From assembly GCF_009914755.1 (NCBI RefSeq), contig NC_060933.1: DNA of 64,000 nt; one strand, written 5' to 3'. Made by a program: the position numbers and the translations under genes. The notes below the pieces were generated by a model. It was not told the origin of the DNA. It made no database searches and saw only the letters and a list, made by a program, of their open reading frames with translations. This document shows positions 31,560 to 47,200 of the stretch, one piece after another; position 1 is the stretch's first letter; each line of letters starts with the position of its first letter. The DNA is from the human T2T-CHM13v2.0 reference genome, Homo sapiens.

Positions 31560-31945
31560 AAAAACATTCTGAGCTTTCTCATGAAGTTTCCATGGTGTTT
31601 CTTTACCTAGAATGCTCCATGCACCTCTCCCCCATTCCTTAATTCCTCCTCCTGGCTAATTCCTTGGCTTCTTTGTTTTTCGGATCTCACTTCCCTCCTC
31701 CAGATGGTTTCCTTGTCTTCCCAATGCTGCCTTCTATTATACGTTCTCATAGCACTACACAACTCTCTTGCACAACATTTAACAGAAGTATGTCTTTAGA
31801 TTTATTTTGTATGATTGTTTGGGGTCTTTCCCCCACTAGCCAAACGTCTATGAGGGCAGAAATCATATTTGTTTTGGTCAATATTATATTCCTAGCACCT
31901 TTTACAATGCTTAGTGTGTAAAATGTACAAAAATATTGAATAATT
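31560..31945 (+). mobile_element. L2 3' portion
   Basis: cctagaatgctc..cctggctaattcc..tatgagggcagaaatc..ttcctagcacct. Confidence 0.6.
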
Positions 31946-33339
31946 TCTAAATCTTTATTTTGTCCATTTTTCTTTGGTATTGCCATTTGAAATTTCATAT
32001 TTTGGGATACATTCTGACTTTGGGACAATTACTTTCTCTTGTAGCTCAATTATTGGTTAATCTATAAATCATTGAGTTGGGTTAGAGACACTCTAAGGTT
32101 TCTTCTACCTCTAAAAATCTATGACTCTCTCTACTATGCATATTTCTGAGCCACTCCATTTCATCTATTTGTTTCAGTAATTACTGCTGCTTTAGTTCCA
32201 ATAGTTGTACATTTACCTCTATTAGTTATAGGACAGAGTATTTCTTAAGAGTAATTAGAAAAGCGTATAAGGTAAACCTTTCTCAAGCAACATAGAGGAC
32301 AAAGCAAAAAGGGCCAGTGGTAATTCACCAATACAATTTCAAATGGAAACCTCAGTTGGATGTTTGCTCAACCTCATAAATGATTCATTTCTAAGGGGAG
32401 TCTGTGCATTTTTTGAGATATAAAACACCTCATATGCTTGGCTACTTTTGAAAATAGGTAAGTCATCAAAGTCTAAAATTCATAGCTACTGCAACCTCCC
32501 TTACATGTATCCCTTCTAAGAAAAAGGCACTCATTTTAGAGACCCACTTCACTTTTCAGGACATAGAATTGCAGTCTAAAGTAGAATCCACAGGAGTTGT
32601 TATAAAAGGAACACAGATATGAAAATAATAGCAGTGCAAGTTCACTGATGCTCAGACACAAATGGAAGCAAAAAGCTAGCAGCACTGCCAGAACCTCATT
32701 CAAATGGGAGTACATATAGGTCTTAGAGCTTTCCCTGAATGAGTCTTGCCTTTGCACTCGATTCCGAAAGCTCTCTCGCAGCTACAATACCCAGTGACTC
32801 AATACCAAATGCTATCTTTGAAAGGGAACACAGACTATGAGGTCCCTTTAAAGTCGCAATTAGGTTGTTTCCCCTATGAAAAGACTGGAGGAAAGAGGTG
32901 TGAGCTAACTCTTTCTTCTCAGATAAAATTACCTTTGAAGAGTCTTCAGGCAGCCAAGTGTGCTACAACTATTAAACAGCATGTCACACTCGATGTGATG
33001 ATTTGATGCTCTGGTACTCTTCCATGTAAGGAAGATGCAGTGTGAAATTTCTTTTGCCTTACACTGGCCATCGATCTTTTATACTCACTCCATGGCACCT
33101 TCATCTCACTTAGAAAAGTCTGAGAGTAACATCAAATCCAAGAAGGAGATAGGGAAGGGAAAGAAAAAATATATTCTCAGGAGTGTAACTTTCTGAGCTA
33201 GAGGCCTCTTAGTACTTCCCTCTTTACTTTTCCTGTTAGGTTTGTTCAGAGTAAAAAAGGCAATAGTACAGAATGCAACCTGGAACTATTAGTTCCTGGT
33301 AAAAAGAGTCCCAAAGGATGGAAACCAACAGTCCTTGAA

Positions 33340-33520
33340 TACTTATTAAGTATCAGGCACCATTCTGAACACTTAGTTCTTTCCTTCTATTTAATACATC
33401 TACCCTGAGAGATAAATATTTTATCCATGTTTTGTAGATGAGGAAACTCAGTCTCAGAAAGGTATAACAATGTGCTGAATTTCATACATGGAGATTAGAC
33501 TCAAAGCCATTCCAAAATTA
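33340..33520 (-). mobile_element. MIR
   Basis: ttttgtagatgaggaaactcagtctcagaaagg. Confidence 0.7.
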
Positions 33521-33577
33521 TCTGAGACATAAGCCTGTGCTTTGTCTTCTACTTCATGCTATAAAAAAAAGGAAAAC

Positions 33578-36023
33578 CCTGATGAACATCAATGAGAAAA
33601 TCCTCAAGAAAATACTGGCAAGCCAAATCCAGCAGCACATCAAAAAGCTTATCCACCACGATCAAGTCAGCTTCATCTCTGGTATACAAGGCTGGTTCAA
33701 CATATGCAAATCAATAAACATAATCCATCACATAATCAGAACCAATGACAAAAACCACATGATCATCTCAACAGATGCAGAAAACTCCTTCAATAAAATT
33801 CAACATCCCTTCATGTTAAAAACACTCAATAAATTAGGCATTGATGGAACATATCTCAAAATAGTAAGAGCTATTTATGTCAAACCCATAGACAATATCA
33901 TACTGACTGGACAAAAGCTGGAAGCATTCCCTTTGAAAACCAGCCAAGACAAGGATGCCCTCTCTCACCACTCCTGTTCAACATAGTATTGGAAGTTCTG
34001 GCCAGGACAATCAGGCAATAGAATGAAATAATGGGTATTCAAATAGGAAGAGGTGAAGTCAAATTGTCTCTGTTTGCAGTTGACATGATTCTATATTTAG
34101 AAAACCTAATCCACTCACCCCCAAAACTCCTTAAGCTGATAAGCAACTTCAGCAAAGTCTCAGGATACAAAATCAATGTGCAAAAATCACAAGCATTCCT
34201 ATACACCAACAATGGACAAGCAGAGAGCCAAATCAGGAATGAACTCACATTCACAATTGCTTCAAAGAGAATAAAATACATAGGAATATAACTGACAAGG
34301 GACATGAAGGATCTCTTCAAGAACTACAAACCTCTGCTCAAGGAAATAAGAGAGGACACAAACAAATGGAAAAACATTTCATGCTCATGGATAGGAAGAA
34401 TCAATATTGTGAAAATGACCATAATGCCAAAGTAATTTATAGATTCAATGCTATTCCCATCAAGCTACCGTTGACTTTATTCACAGCATTAGAAAAAAAA
34501 ACTACTTTAAATTTCATATGGAACCAAAACAGAGCCCAAATAGCCAAGACAATTCTAAGCATAAAGAACAAAACTGGAGGCATCATGCTACCTGTTTCCA
34601 AACTATACTACAAGACTACAGTAACCAAAACCGCATGGTACTGGTACCAAAACAGATATCTAGGACAATGGAACAGAATAGAGACCTCAGAGATAACACC
34701 ACACATCTACAATAATCTGATCTTCAACAAACTTGACAAAAACAAGCAATGGGGAAAAATTTCCCTATTTAATAAATGGTGCCAGGAAAACTGGCTAGCC
34801 ATATGCAGAAAACTGAAACTGGACCCCTTCCTTACACCTTATATAAAAATTATCTCAAGATGTATTAAAGACTTCAATGTAAAACTCCAAACCATAAAAA
34901 CCCTAGAAGAAAACTTAGCAATACCATTCAGAACATAGGCATGGGCAAAGATTTCATGACTAAAACACCAAAAGCATTTGCAACAAAAGCCAAAATTGAC
35001 AAATGGGATCTAATTAAACTAAAGAGCTTCTGCACAGCAAAAGAAAAGTAGCATCAGAGTGAACAGGCAACCTACAGAATGGGATAAAAGTTTTGCAATC
35101 TACCCATCTGACAAAGGTCTAATATCCAGAATCTACAAAGAACCTAAACAAATTTACAAGAAAATAAAACCATCGAAAAGTGGGCTAAGTATATGCATGG
35201 ACCCTTCTCAAAAGAAGACATTCATGCAGCCAACTAACGTATGAAAAACTCATCATCACTGACCATCAGAGAAATGCAAATCAAAACCACAATGAGATAC
35301 CATCTCAAACCAGTCAGAATGGTGAGTATTAAAAAGTCAGGAAACAGCAAATGGTGGCAAGGCTGTGGAGAAATAAGAATGTTTTTACACTGTTAGTGGG
35401 AGTGTAAATTAGTTCATCCATTTTGGAAGACAGTATGGCGATTCCTCAAGGATCTAGAAGCAGAAATACCATTTGACCTAGCAATCTCATTACTGGGTAT
35501 ATACACAAAGGATTATAAATCATTCTACTATAAAGATACATGCACATGTATGCTTATTGCAGCACTATTTACACTAGCAAAGACTTGGAACCAACCCAAA
35601 TGCCCATCAATGATAGACTGGATAAAGAAAATGTGGCACATATATATCATGGAATACTATGGAGCCATAAAAAATAATGAGTTCATGTCCTTTGCATGGA
35701 CATGGATGAAGCTGGAAGCCATCATTCTCAGCAAACTAACACAGGTACAGAAAACCAAACATCACATGTTCTCACTCATAAGTGGGAGTCGAATAATGAG
35801 AACACATGCACACAGGGAGGGGAACATCACACACCCGGGCCTATCGGGGGCTTGGGGGCTACAGGAGGGATAGCATTAGGAGAAATACCTAACACATGTG
35901 GGGCCTAAACTCTAGATAATGGATTGATAGGTGCAGCAAACCACTATGACGCATGTATACCTATGTAACAAACCTGCACATTCTGCACATGTATCCCAGA
36001 AGTTAAAGTAAAATAAAAATTAA
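33578..36023 (+). mobile_element. L1PA8A/L1PA10-like LINE-1, 5'-truncated in the RT region
   Basis: Degenerate ORF2 pieces (FAVD instead of FADD). 3' UTR cacatgtggggcctaaactctagataatgg. Perfect 15-bp TSD aaaaaaaaggaaaac (33563-33577 / 36024-36038). Confidence 0.93.
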
Positions 36024-37117
36024 AAAAAAAAGGAAAACGAAGAGGCTGACATCATGCGTTCCTCCTATGTGAGTTTACTGGAATTGTACAGAAAAAAAGG
36101 CTCTAGGAAACTTTTAACTCGGGCCAGCTGTTTTGTTGACTTATAATCATGTTTTAGGAAGGGAATAATCCAAGTGAATGTGGCTAGTTCAGAGTAATCA
36201 TTCTTCTAATTATTCATTCCTTCAACAAAAATGTGCTCCCCCTTTCTGCAAGGATCTTAAAATCAGGAAAGGGGAGATTGGAAAAAGATAATTGTAGTAC
36301 AATAAATGTAATGCAAAGGGCTTCACCCATATTAATTGATCAATGAAGTATAGTTATCTTCCTTTATTAAAACCAGGAAAGAATGCTGCAACAGAGATAT
36401 ACAAGGGCTTTTAGAGTCACACAGGGGAGAGTGATGCATTATTTCTGGAGCACTCACTATATATGAAGGTGATATTCAAACCATATCTTAGATGATAGAA
36501 TAAATGTTTATTTATTTATTTATTTATTTTTTATTATACTCTAAGTTTTAGGGTACATGTGCACATTGTGCAGGTTAGTTACATATGTATACATGTGCCA
36601 TGCTGGTGCGCTGCACCCACTAATGTGTCATCTAGCATTAGGTATATCTCCCAATGCTATCCCTCCCCCCTCCCCCGACCCCACCACAGTCCCCAGAGTG
36701 TGATATTCCCCTTCCTGTGTCCATGTGATCTCATTGTTCAATTCCCACCTATGAGTGAGAATATGCGGTGTTTGGTTTTTTGTTCTTGCGATAGTTTACT
36801 GAGAATGATGGTTTCCAATTTCATCCATGTCCCTACAAAGGATATGAACTCATCATTTTTTATGGCTGCATAGTATTCCATGGTGTATATGTGCCACATT
36901 TTCTTAATCCAGTCTATCATTGTTGGACATTTGGGTTGGTTCCAAGTCTTTGCTATTGTGAATAGTGCCGCAATAAACATACGTGTGCATGTGTCTTTAT
37001 AGCAGCATGATTTATAGTCCTTTGGGTATATACCCAGTAATGGGATGGCTGGGTCAAATGGTATTTCTAGTTCTAGATCCCTGAGGAATCGCCACACTGA
37101 CTTCCACAATGGTTGAA

Positions 37118-40591
<3,474 letters not shown>

Positions 40592-40627
40592 TTAGTTGAT
40601 GCAGTTTCTTCCTAGTCTCGATGGTCT

Positions 40628-41641
40628 TTACATTTTGGCATGATTTTGCAGCGGCTGGTACCGGTTGTTCCTTTCCATGTTTAGCGCTTCCTTCAGGAGC
40701 TCTTTTAGGGCAGGCCTGGTGGTGACAAAATCTCTCAGCATTTGCTTGTCTATAAAGTATTTTATTTCTCCTTCACTTATGAAGCTTAGTTTGGCTGGAT
40801 ATGAAATTCTGGGTTGAAAATTCTTTTCTTTAAGAATGTTGAATATTGGCCCCCACTGTCTTCTGGCTTGTAGGGTTTCTGCCGAGAGATCTGCTGTTAG
40901 TCTGATGGGCTTTCCTTTGAGGGTAACCCGACCTTTCTCTCTGGCTGCCCTTAACATTTTTTCCTTCATTTCAACTTTGGTGAATCTGACAATTATGTGT
41001 CTTGGAGTTGCTCTTCTCGAGGAGTATCTTTGTGGCGTTCTCTGTATTTCCTGAATCTGAACGTTGGCCTGCCTTGCTAGATTGGGGAAGTTCTCCTGGA
41101 TAATATCCTGCAGAGTGTTTTCCAACTTGGTTCCATTCTCCACATCACTTTCAGGTACACCAATCAGACGTAGGTTTGGTCTTTTCACATAGTCCCATAT
41201 TTCTTGGAGGCTTTGCTCATTTCTTTTTATTCTTTTTTCTCTAAACTTCCCTTCTCGCTTCATTTCATTCATTTCATCTTCCATCACTGATACCCTTTCT
41301 TCCAGTTGATCGCATCGGCTCCTGAGGCTTCTGCATTCTTCACGTAGTTCTCGAGCCTTGGTTTTCAGCTCCATCAGCTCCTTTAAGCACTTCTCTGTAT
41401 TGGTTATTCTAGTTATACATTCTTCTAAATTTTTTTCAAAGTTTTCAACTTCTTTGCCTTTGGTTTGAATGTCCTCCCGTAGCTCAGAGTAATTTGATCG
41501 TCTGAAGCCTTCTCTCAGCTCGTCAAAATCATTCTCCATCCAGCTTTGTTCTGTTGCTGGTGAGGAACTGCGTTCCTTTGGAGGAGGAGAGGCGCTCTGC
41601 GTTTTAGAGTTTCCAGTTTTTCTGTTCTGTTTTTTCCCCAT
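40628..41641 (-). CDS. ORF1: L1 ORF1p RNA-binding/chaperone protein, 337 aa (one-codon deletion)
   Basis: MGKKQNRK..LQNHAKM. DELREGF instead of the canonical DELREEGF (3-bp deletion near 41511). ARR, REKG and YPAKLS motifs are intact. Confidence 0.97.
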   Translation of the reverse strand: MGKKQNRKTGNSKTQSASPPPKERSSSPATEQSWMENDFDELREGFRRSNYSELREDIQTKGKEVENFEKNLEECITRITNTEKCLKELMELKTKARELREECRSLRSRCDQLEERVSVMEDEMNEMKREGKFREKRIKRNEQSLQEIWDYVKRPNLRLIGVPESDVENGTKLENTLQDIIQENFPNLARQANVQIQEIQRTPQRYSSRRATPRHIIVRFTKVEMKEKMLRAAREKGRVTLKGKPIRLTADLSAETLQARRQWGPIFNILKEKNFQPRISYPAKLSFISEGEIKYFIDKQMLRDFVTTRPALKELLKEALNMERNNRYQPLQNHAKM

Positions 41642-42477
41642 CTTTGTGGTTTTATCTACTTTTGGTCTTTGATGATGGTGATGTACAGATGGGTTTTCGG
41701 TGTAGATGTCCTTTCTGGTTGTTAGTTTTCCTTCTAACAGACAGGACCCTCAGCTGCAGGTCTGTTGGAATACTCTGCCATGTGAGGTGTCAGTGTGCCC
41801 CTGGTGGGGGGTGCCTCCCAGTTAGGCTGCCCGGGGTTCAGGGGTCAGGGACCCACTTGAGGAGGCAGTCTGCCCGTTCTCAGATCTCCGGCTGCGTGCT
41901 GGGAGAACCACTGCTCTCTTCAAAGCTGTCAGACAGGGACATTTAAGTCTGCAGAGGTTACTGCTGTCTTTTTGTTTGTCTGTGCCCTGCCCCCAGAGGT
42001 GGAGCCTACAGAGGCAGGCAGGCCTCCTTGAGCTGTGGTGGGCTCCACCCAGTTCGAGCTTCCCGGCTGCTTTGTTTACCTAAGCAAGCCTGGGCAATGG
42101 CGGGCGCCCCTCCCCCAGCCTCGCTGCCGCCTTGCAGTTTGATCTCAGACTGCTGTGCTAGCAATCAGCGAGATTCCGTGGGCGTAGGACCCTCTGAGCC
42201 AGGTGTGGGATATAGTCTCGTGGTGCGCCGTTTCTTAAGCCGGTCTGAAAAGCGCAATATTCGGGTGGGAGTGACCCGATTTTCCAGGTGCGTCCGTCAC
42301 CCCTTTCTTTGACTCGGAAAGGGAACTCCCTGACCCCTTGCGCTTCCCAGGTGAGGCAATGCCTCGCCCTGCTTCGGCTCGCGGACGGTGCGCACACACA
42401 CTGGCCTGCGCCCACTGTCTGGCACTCCCTAGTGAGATGAACCCGGTACCTCAGATGGAAATGCAGATATCACCCCC
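41642..42477 (-). promoter_or_regulatory. L1HS 5' UTR: CpG-rich internal sense promoter plus antisense promoter, first ~70 nt (YY1 site) absent
   Basis: 836 bp versus ~907 canonical. On the minus strand it starts gggggtgatatctgcatttcc and has no caagatggccg motif. Confidence 0.9.
42097..42312 (+). CDS. ORF0: L1 ORF0 (antisense, 71 aa)
   Basis: MAGAPPPASLPPCSLISDCC..RCVRHPFL, with ATG in gcaATGg context. Both internal donor-like sites (cag/gtgtgg ~42203, cag/gtgcgt ~42288) are present. Confidence 0.85.
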   Translation: MAGAPPPASLPPCSLISDCCASNQRDSVGVGPSEPGVGYSLVVRRFLSRSEKRNIRVGVTRFSRCVRHPFL

Positions 42478-42568
42478 AGAATAAATGTTTATTAAAAAGA
42501 CCAGGCTTAATAGCACAAGACATGGGGGCAGCAAGAATAAAGGCATGAAGTGTAAAAGAGTCCAGAGA

Positions 42569-42857
42569 TAGGAATGTAAATTAATTCAACCATTGTGGAA
42601 AACAGTGTAAGTGTCTTACTTATAAGTGGGAGCTGAAAAATAAGAACACATGGACATAGGGAGGGGAACAACACACAGTGGGGCCTGTTGGGGGGTGGAG
42701 TAGGGGAGGGAGAGTATTAGAAAGAATAGCTAACACATGCTGGGCTTAATACTTAGATGATGGATTGATAGGTGCAGCAAACCACTATGGCACATGTTTA
42801 CCTGTGTAGCAAACCTACACATCCTGCACATGGACCCCCAAAATTAAAATAAAAATT
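42569..42857 (+). mobile_element. L1PA13-16-like 3' fragment with internal deletion
   Basis: 3' UTR gaatagctaacacatgctgggcttaatac. Perfect 12-bp TSD agagtccagaga (42557-42568 / 42858-42869). Confidence 0.88.
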
Positions 42858-43855
42858 AGAGTCCAGAGAATGCAGGAGTGTGTGAATTGAGTATGGAGAA
42901 CTGAGAGGAAAACACTGCCTGTCTTACTTCTAAATGAATAGCAGGTATTATTTAGATTGATTTGAACTTACTTATAATAAGCCATATCCAGTTGTCTCCA
43001 GATTTTCAAAAATAATGCCAGGTTTTCATCAACATTAGCTAATAAGTACGCTTGTTAGTTTAATAAGGAGAAGGCAGTGCTTCTAACAGTGCAATAACTT
43101 ATTCAGTAAGCTATCTAACTTTGGAGTGGCAAGTAGAAAATCCGTGCATATGAGGAATGAGAAAGCTTGAGAGTGGGCATTATGAGAAGATAGTTCAGTG
43201 TGATTTTTGGGAGAGTAGTAACTAATATGTGATCTTCACAAAATAACAAACTAGGAATAAATTATAATTGCAGCATTCATATACAATTATATGTACATTC
43301 AATATTACTGTAAAATTAACTTATGCTTCATAAGTGCTAATTATTTGTGCTGTTTTGGAGATTTGCTAATACATATTATCTTACTAGTATATGAAGTCTA
43401 CATCTAGTAAAGGACAAAATACTAATAGACAATAAATATCCTGCAAGATAGAAAATGATCCTTGCCATGAATAATGCAACAAAGAAGTCTGGGGGTTTAA
43501 TAGCAAAAGAGCCCTCTTCTGACATCTTATATAGAAGTTGATGCTACATATTTATCATAAGGGCTTGGAAATTAATTGTATAATTTACCTGTGGTCCCTG
43601 GATCATTGCTAGAGCCTGGGTTAAATATAATTTTCGTTAAAACATTTTACCTTTGGCAGTCAAGTAAAAAAAAATGTGTTTTTAAAAAAGAAGCTCACTA
43701 CTTCTCTTAGACTGCTATAATGGAAGTGCACAGTGTGAATAAATTCTAGCAAAATCTGAGTCTCGAAAAGGCATCATAGGTGGGTCAATGGATTTTAGCA
43801 TGTAGGTCAGTAACCAGCAAACCCAATAACCTTGTGAGGGTTCCCAACCTAGAAA

Positions 43856-43946
43856 CCTCAGCCTCCTGAGTAGCTGGGATTACAGGTGCCCATGCCCAGC
43901 TAATTTTTGTATTTTAGTAGAGGTGGGGTTTCACCACGTTCTCCAG
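43856..43946 (-). mobile_element. Internal Alu fragment (no head, no tail)
   Basis: cctcagcctcctgagtagctgggattacagg..taatttttgtattttagtagaggtggggtttcacc. Confidence 0.9.
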
Positions 43947-43974
43947 AAATACATGATTTTAAGCTGTAATGAAG

Positions 43975-44210
43975 TAGTTAGAAGCATGGGGTCTAGAACC
44001 AGAGGGCATGGAATTGAATTACAGCTATACTGCTTAACAAACATATATACTTGGGCAGGTTAATACAGTCTTAGTCTTGATTTATCTTTACAATGGGCAC
44101 AATAATAATAATACATAATTCATGGGGATGTGCTGATTCAGGCATCTAAGTAAAGCTTTTAGCAGTGTGGCTGGCACAAAGTAAACATTCAGTGACTAAC
44201 AGCTCTTATT
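43975..44210 (+). mobile_element. MIR
   Basis: agaagcatggggtctagaaccaga..cttgggcaggttaa..ttagcagtgtggctggcacaaagtaaac. Confidence 0.75.
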
Positions 44211-47200
44211 AATTTTATCAAACCTTTTGCCTGATATCTCATTCTACGATCTAACAAGATGTAAGTTACTCCCCTCTCCAGATTTATAATTTTAGAGGCC
44301 TACTGTATGAAGTCTGGCCCTCTTTTGGCAAATATTACAGAGGGCTTGGTTAATTAAAAGCCTAATAAAATGTATCAATCTGTCTCTAGTAAAATTTAAA
44401 ACCAGTCACCTGTGTCACCCTTACCTTAGAACTATAGGTAAATGCACTATGAAAAATAAACAAGCACAAAAACACCCTTCAAGATTTCAAGTCAAATTTG
44501 AAATAATCCCACTATAATTAATTTATTTCACAGGTCAGACCACAGGTTAAAATACTAGAGTTTCTTTATTCCCAACATACCTATTGTGGAGAAGATAGAG
44601 AAAAGATAGAATAAAAAATGCACCTTTATTTTGAAAGCTATGAGCTATACTTAAATTTCAATTGGGAACGGCTCTTTAAAAGGTAATACGGCAACTTAAC
44701 AAGTAAATTTCCTCTAAAACAAACTGGAAAGAAATAGGATTGATGCTAATGGAACTAAGGAGGAAACTACATAGACCATAAAAGCCTCGGCTGCTATCCC
44801 AGGCACAAAAAGATTGGGAAAACCAATCTAAGGTAATTCAGTTCATCACAAAAACACACTGTCCAATTGGAGGTACTGTGAATAATACCTTAACGCCTGT
44901 CACAATAGATGGGGACGGTCTTTCTTTTATTCTTTTATTCTGAGGCAATCTCTTTGTGGAACTTTATTTGTATAGCTAACAATCTGAATGAAGGCGCTCC
45001 TGTGAGGACTTGTGCATCTTTATTGTTGCCAGGGAAACTGGGTCTTAATTTCTAGTGGCTGAATGCCAAAGAAAACAGGCTATACAGAAAGGGAAGAAAC
45101 TTGGTAACACTGCATTTGTTGGAAATATTCAGTGTTAAAGGGTCCTTTTCTGGGACCCACAATTTTAGTAGGTCTACAAATACCCGCCTCCCTTTCTTCA
45201 CCCCACTGCTTTCAAATGAACTACCAAATATCAGTTTGGTTTTTACTTGATGCAGCAATATGGTAATTATTATTCACAGAATTTCTAGATGTAAAATGGA
45301 AAAAAATTAATAATGAGTGTAGTTCCTTGTTAAATTCCGGTTGAAGCAACACATAATTATCCTTCTGACAGTTCAAGCCAGCTTATGAGGAAAAGCCTAC
45401 TGTTTCAGTTTACAAGGTTCTCCTTGCCCAGACCAGGAAGCTTTACGTACCTTTTGTGGTATTGCTTAATAGTTCACGACAGTGTTGCTTTAAGTGAAAT
45501 AGGAAAAAAAAGTAAGAAACAAAACTGCCTGGATTTAAAAACAACAAAACAAAAAGACAAAACAAACTCTTATCATACACAAAAACATCTGTTACATATT
45601 GATTTATTTAAAATCTGTCTGCTTCAACTTGAGAATTTTGGGGGCTATGTTTCCCTCAAAATTATATTTTAGATACACTGATAGAAGATTTTTGGGTCTC
45701 CAGAACACAATTATTCATAGACTGTAAATTTGTGGCAGAAAAATACCATAAAACAAACTAGAAAGAAATAAGAATAAAGGGGAAATAAAAGTGGTGAAAA
45801 AATGCTAGAGAGCAATTGTATATATGCTGTTTCTCAGTGCAGAGGTTTTTTTTTACTAACGGCACATGGATTCCTCAGCAAATCCGCTTTTCTGTAACTA
45901 AACTAAAAATCATTTTTAAATATTGGTAAAGGACTTTGGTGGTTTTACTTTACCTATGCAATGTAGGAATAATCCATCTATGTTCTTTTAGAGTTTTTGT
46001 TCTTGCTTTATTGTTACACAGGAATTTTATCTCGTTAAAATTTAAATTCTTTATCTTTGATTATCCTTACTTCCTTCCACATTCTTTTTTCTTTCTTGTT
46101 GTTGGACTTGGTAGCACTCCCATGGAACCTTCAGGAAAACAAAGGGACATAGTCCTTTTTGTGCTTGGAGCTACTGCAGCCAATAGATAGGCAATCTAAA
46201 TGAAATCAGCCGGGTCTCTTGGCAGAGAGCCATAAAAGACAATAGGACAATACAGTCTAAAATGTGTCCCTTACAAGAACATTCCTCAGAGAAATACCCA
46301 AAGATTTATGAACTATAACTTTGGAAAGATTGTTTTACTTAAGGAAAAAAGCTCTTCCAAAGACCGGTGAATAAAGAAAACCTGCACACTTAAAAATCCA
46401 ATTTCTTGTCATTACTCCACTAGAATATGAATCAGTGAAAATAAGCAGGAAGACTTCAGAACCGATGAATTATATATTCAAGCTTGGTGCTATTAAAAAT
46501 AAATATCTTGCAAAAATGCAATATTTAATGCTCTTTTAAATTCCTAGGAATTGAAAATTTCATAACATTGCCAAAAATAAATGCCACCATCTCTATTTTA
46601 TATATGGGAGAAAATAAGATAAAAGATGAATTGACTTACATGGAAAAATCAGAGCTGGGAGAGGACTTAATTCCTGGTGTTCACAAAACTAGCGCATGAT
46701 ACTACTTTTTACTTAATTTCCTAATTTTAATGTGTCCAACTGTCTTGAGACAGTACATAGGAAAGCTTAAAACGAAACATTCAATAGTGTATGCTTTCTC
46801 AGTGTCCAGTTTGGGAATAGATTACTAGTATCAAAAGCCATTAAAAATAATTTTCAGGAAAGATAGACTCAAGCTATATGATGTTATTATCAGCAGCACA
46901 CTTTTTAAAATATTATTTAAATGTTTTAACAATTCATAGTGAAATAGGGCTATGTATATAAACACACGGATTAGAAGAAGGAAAATAACAAGTGCTTAGG
47001 GCTTCACTACATTCCAAATAAATGAAAAATCTTATTGAAACTCACATCTTACAGGATACCTATCAGCATTATTGTTTTGTCTATAAGAAAATAGAGAATC
47101 AGAAAGTTTTGCTAACCTGTCCAGAATCACACAGGTCCAAATGGAATGAGAACCACAGATGTTTGTTTCCTAAACCCTTATTTTTCCCACCATGTTACAG

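Noticed and set aside
44600-46400. Repeat-poor stretch that might be an enhancer
   Set aside because: Cannot be supported without conservation or chromatin data.
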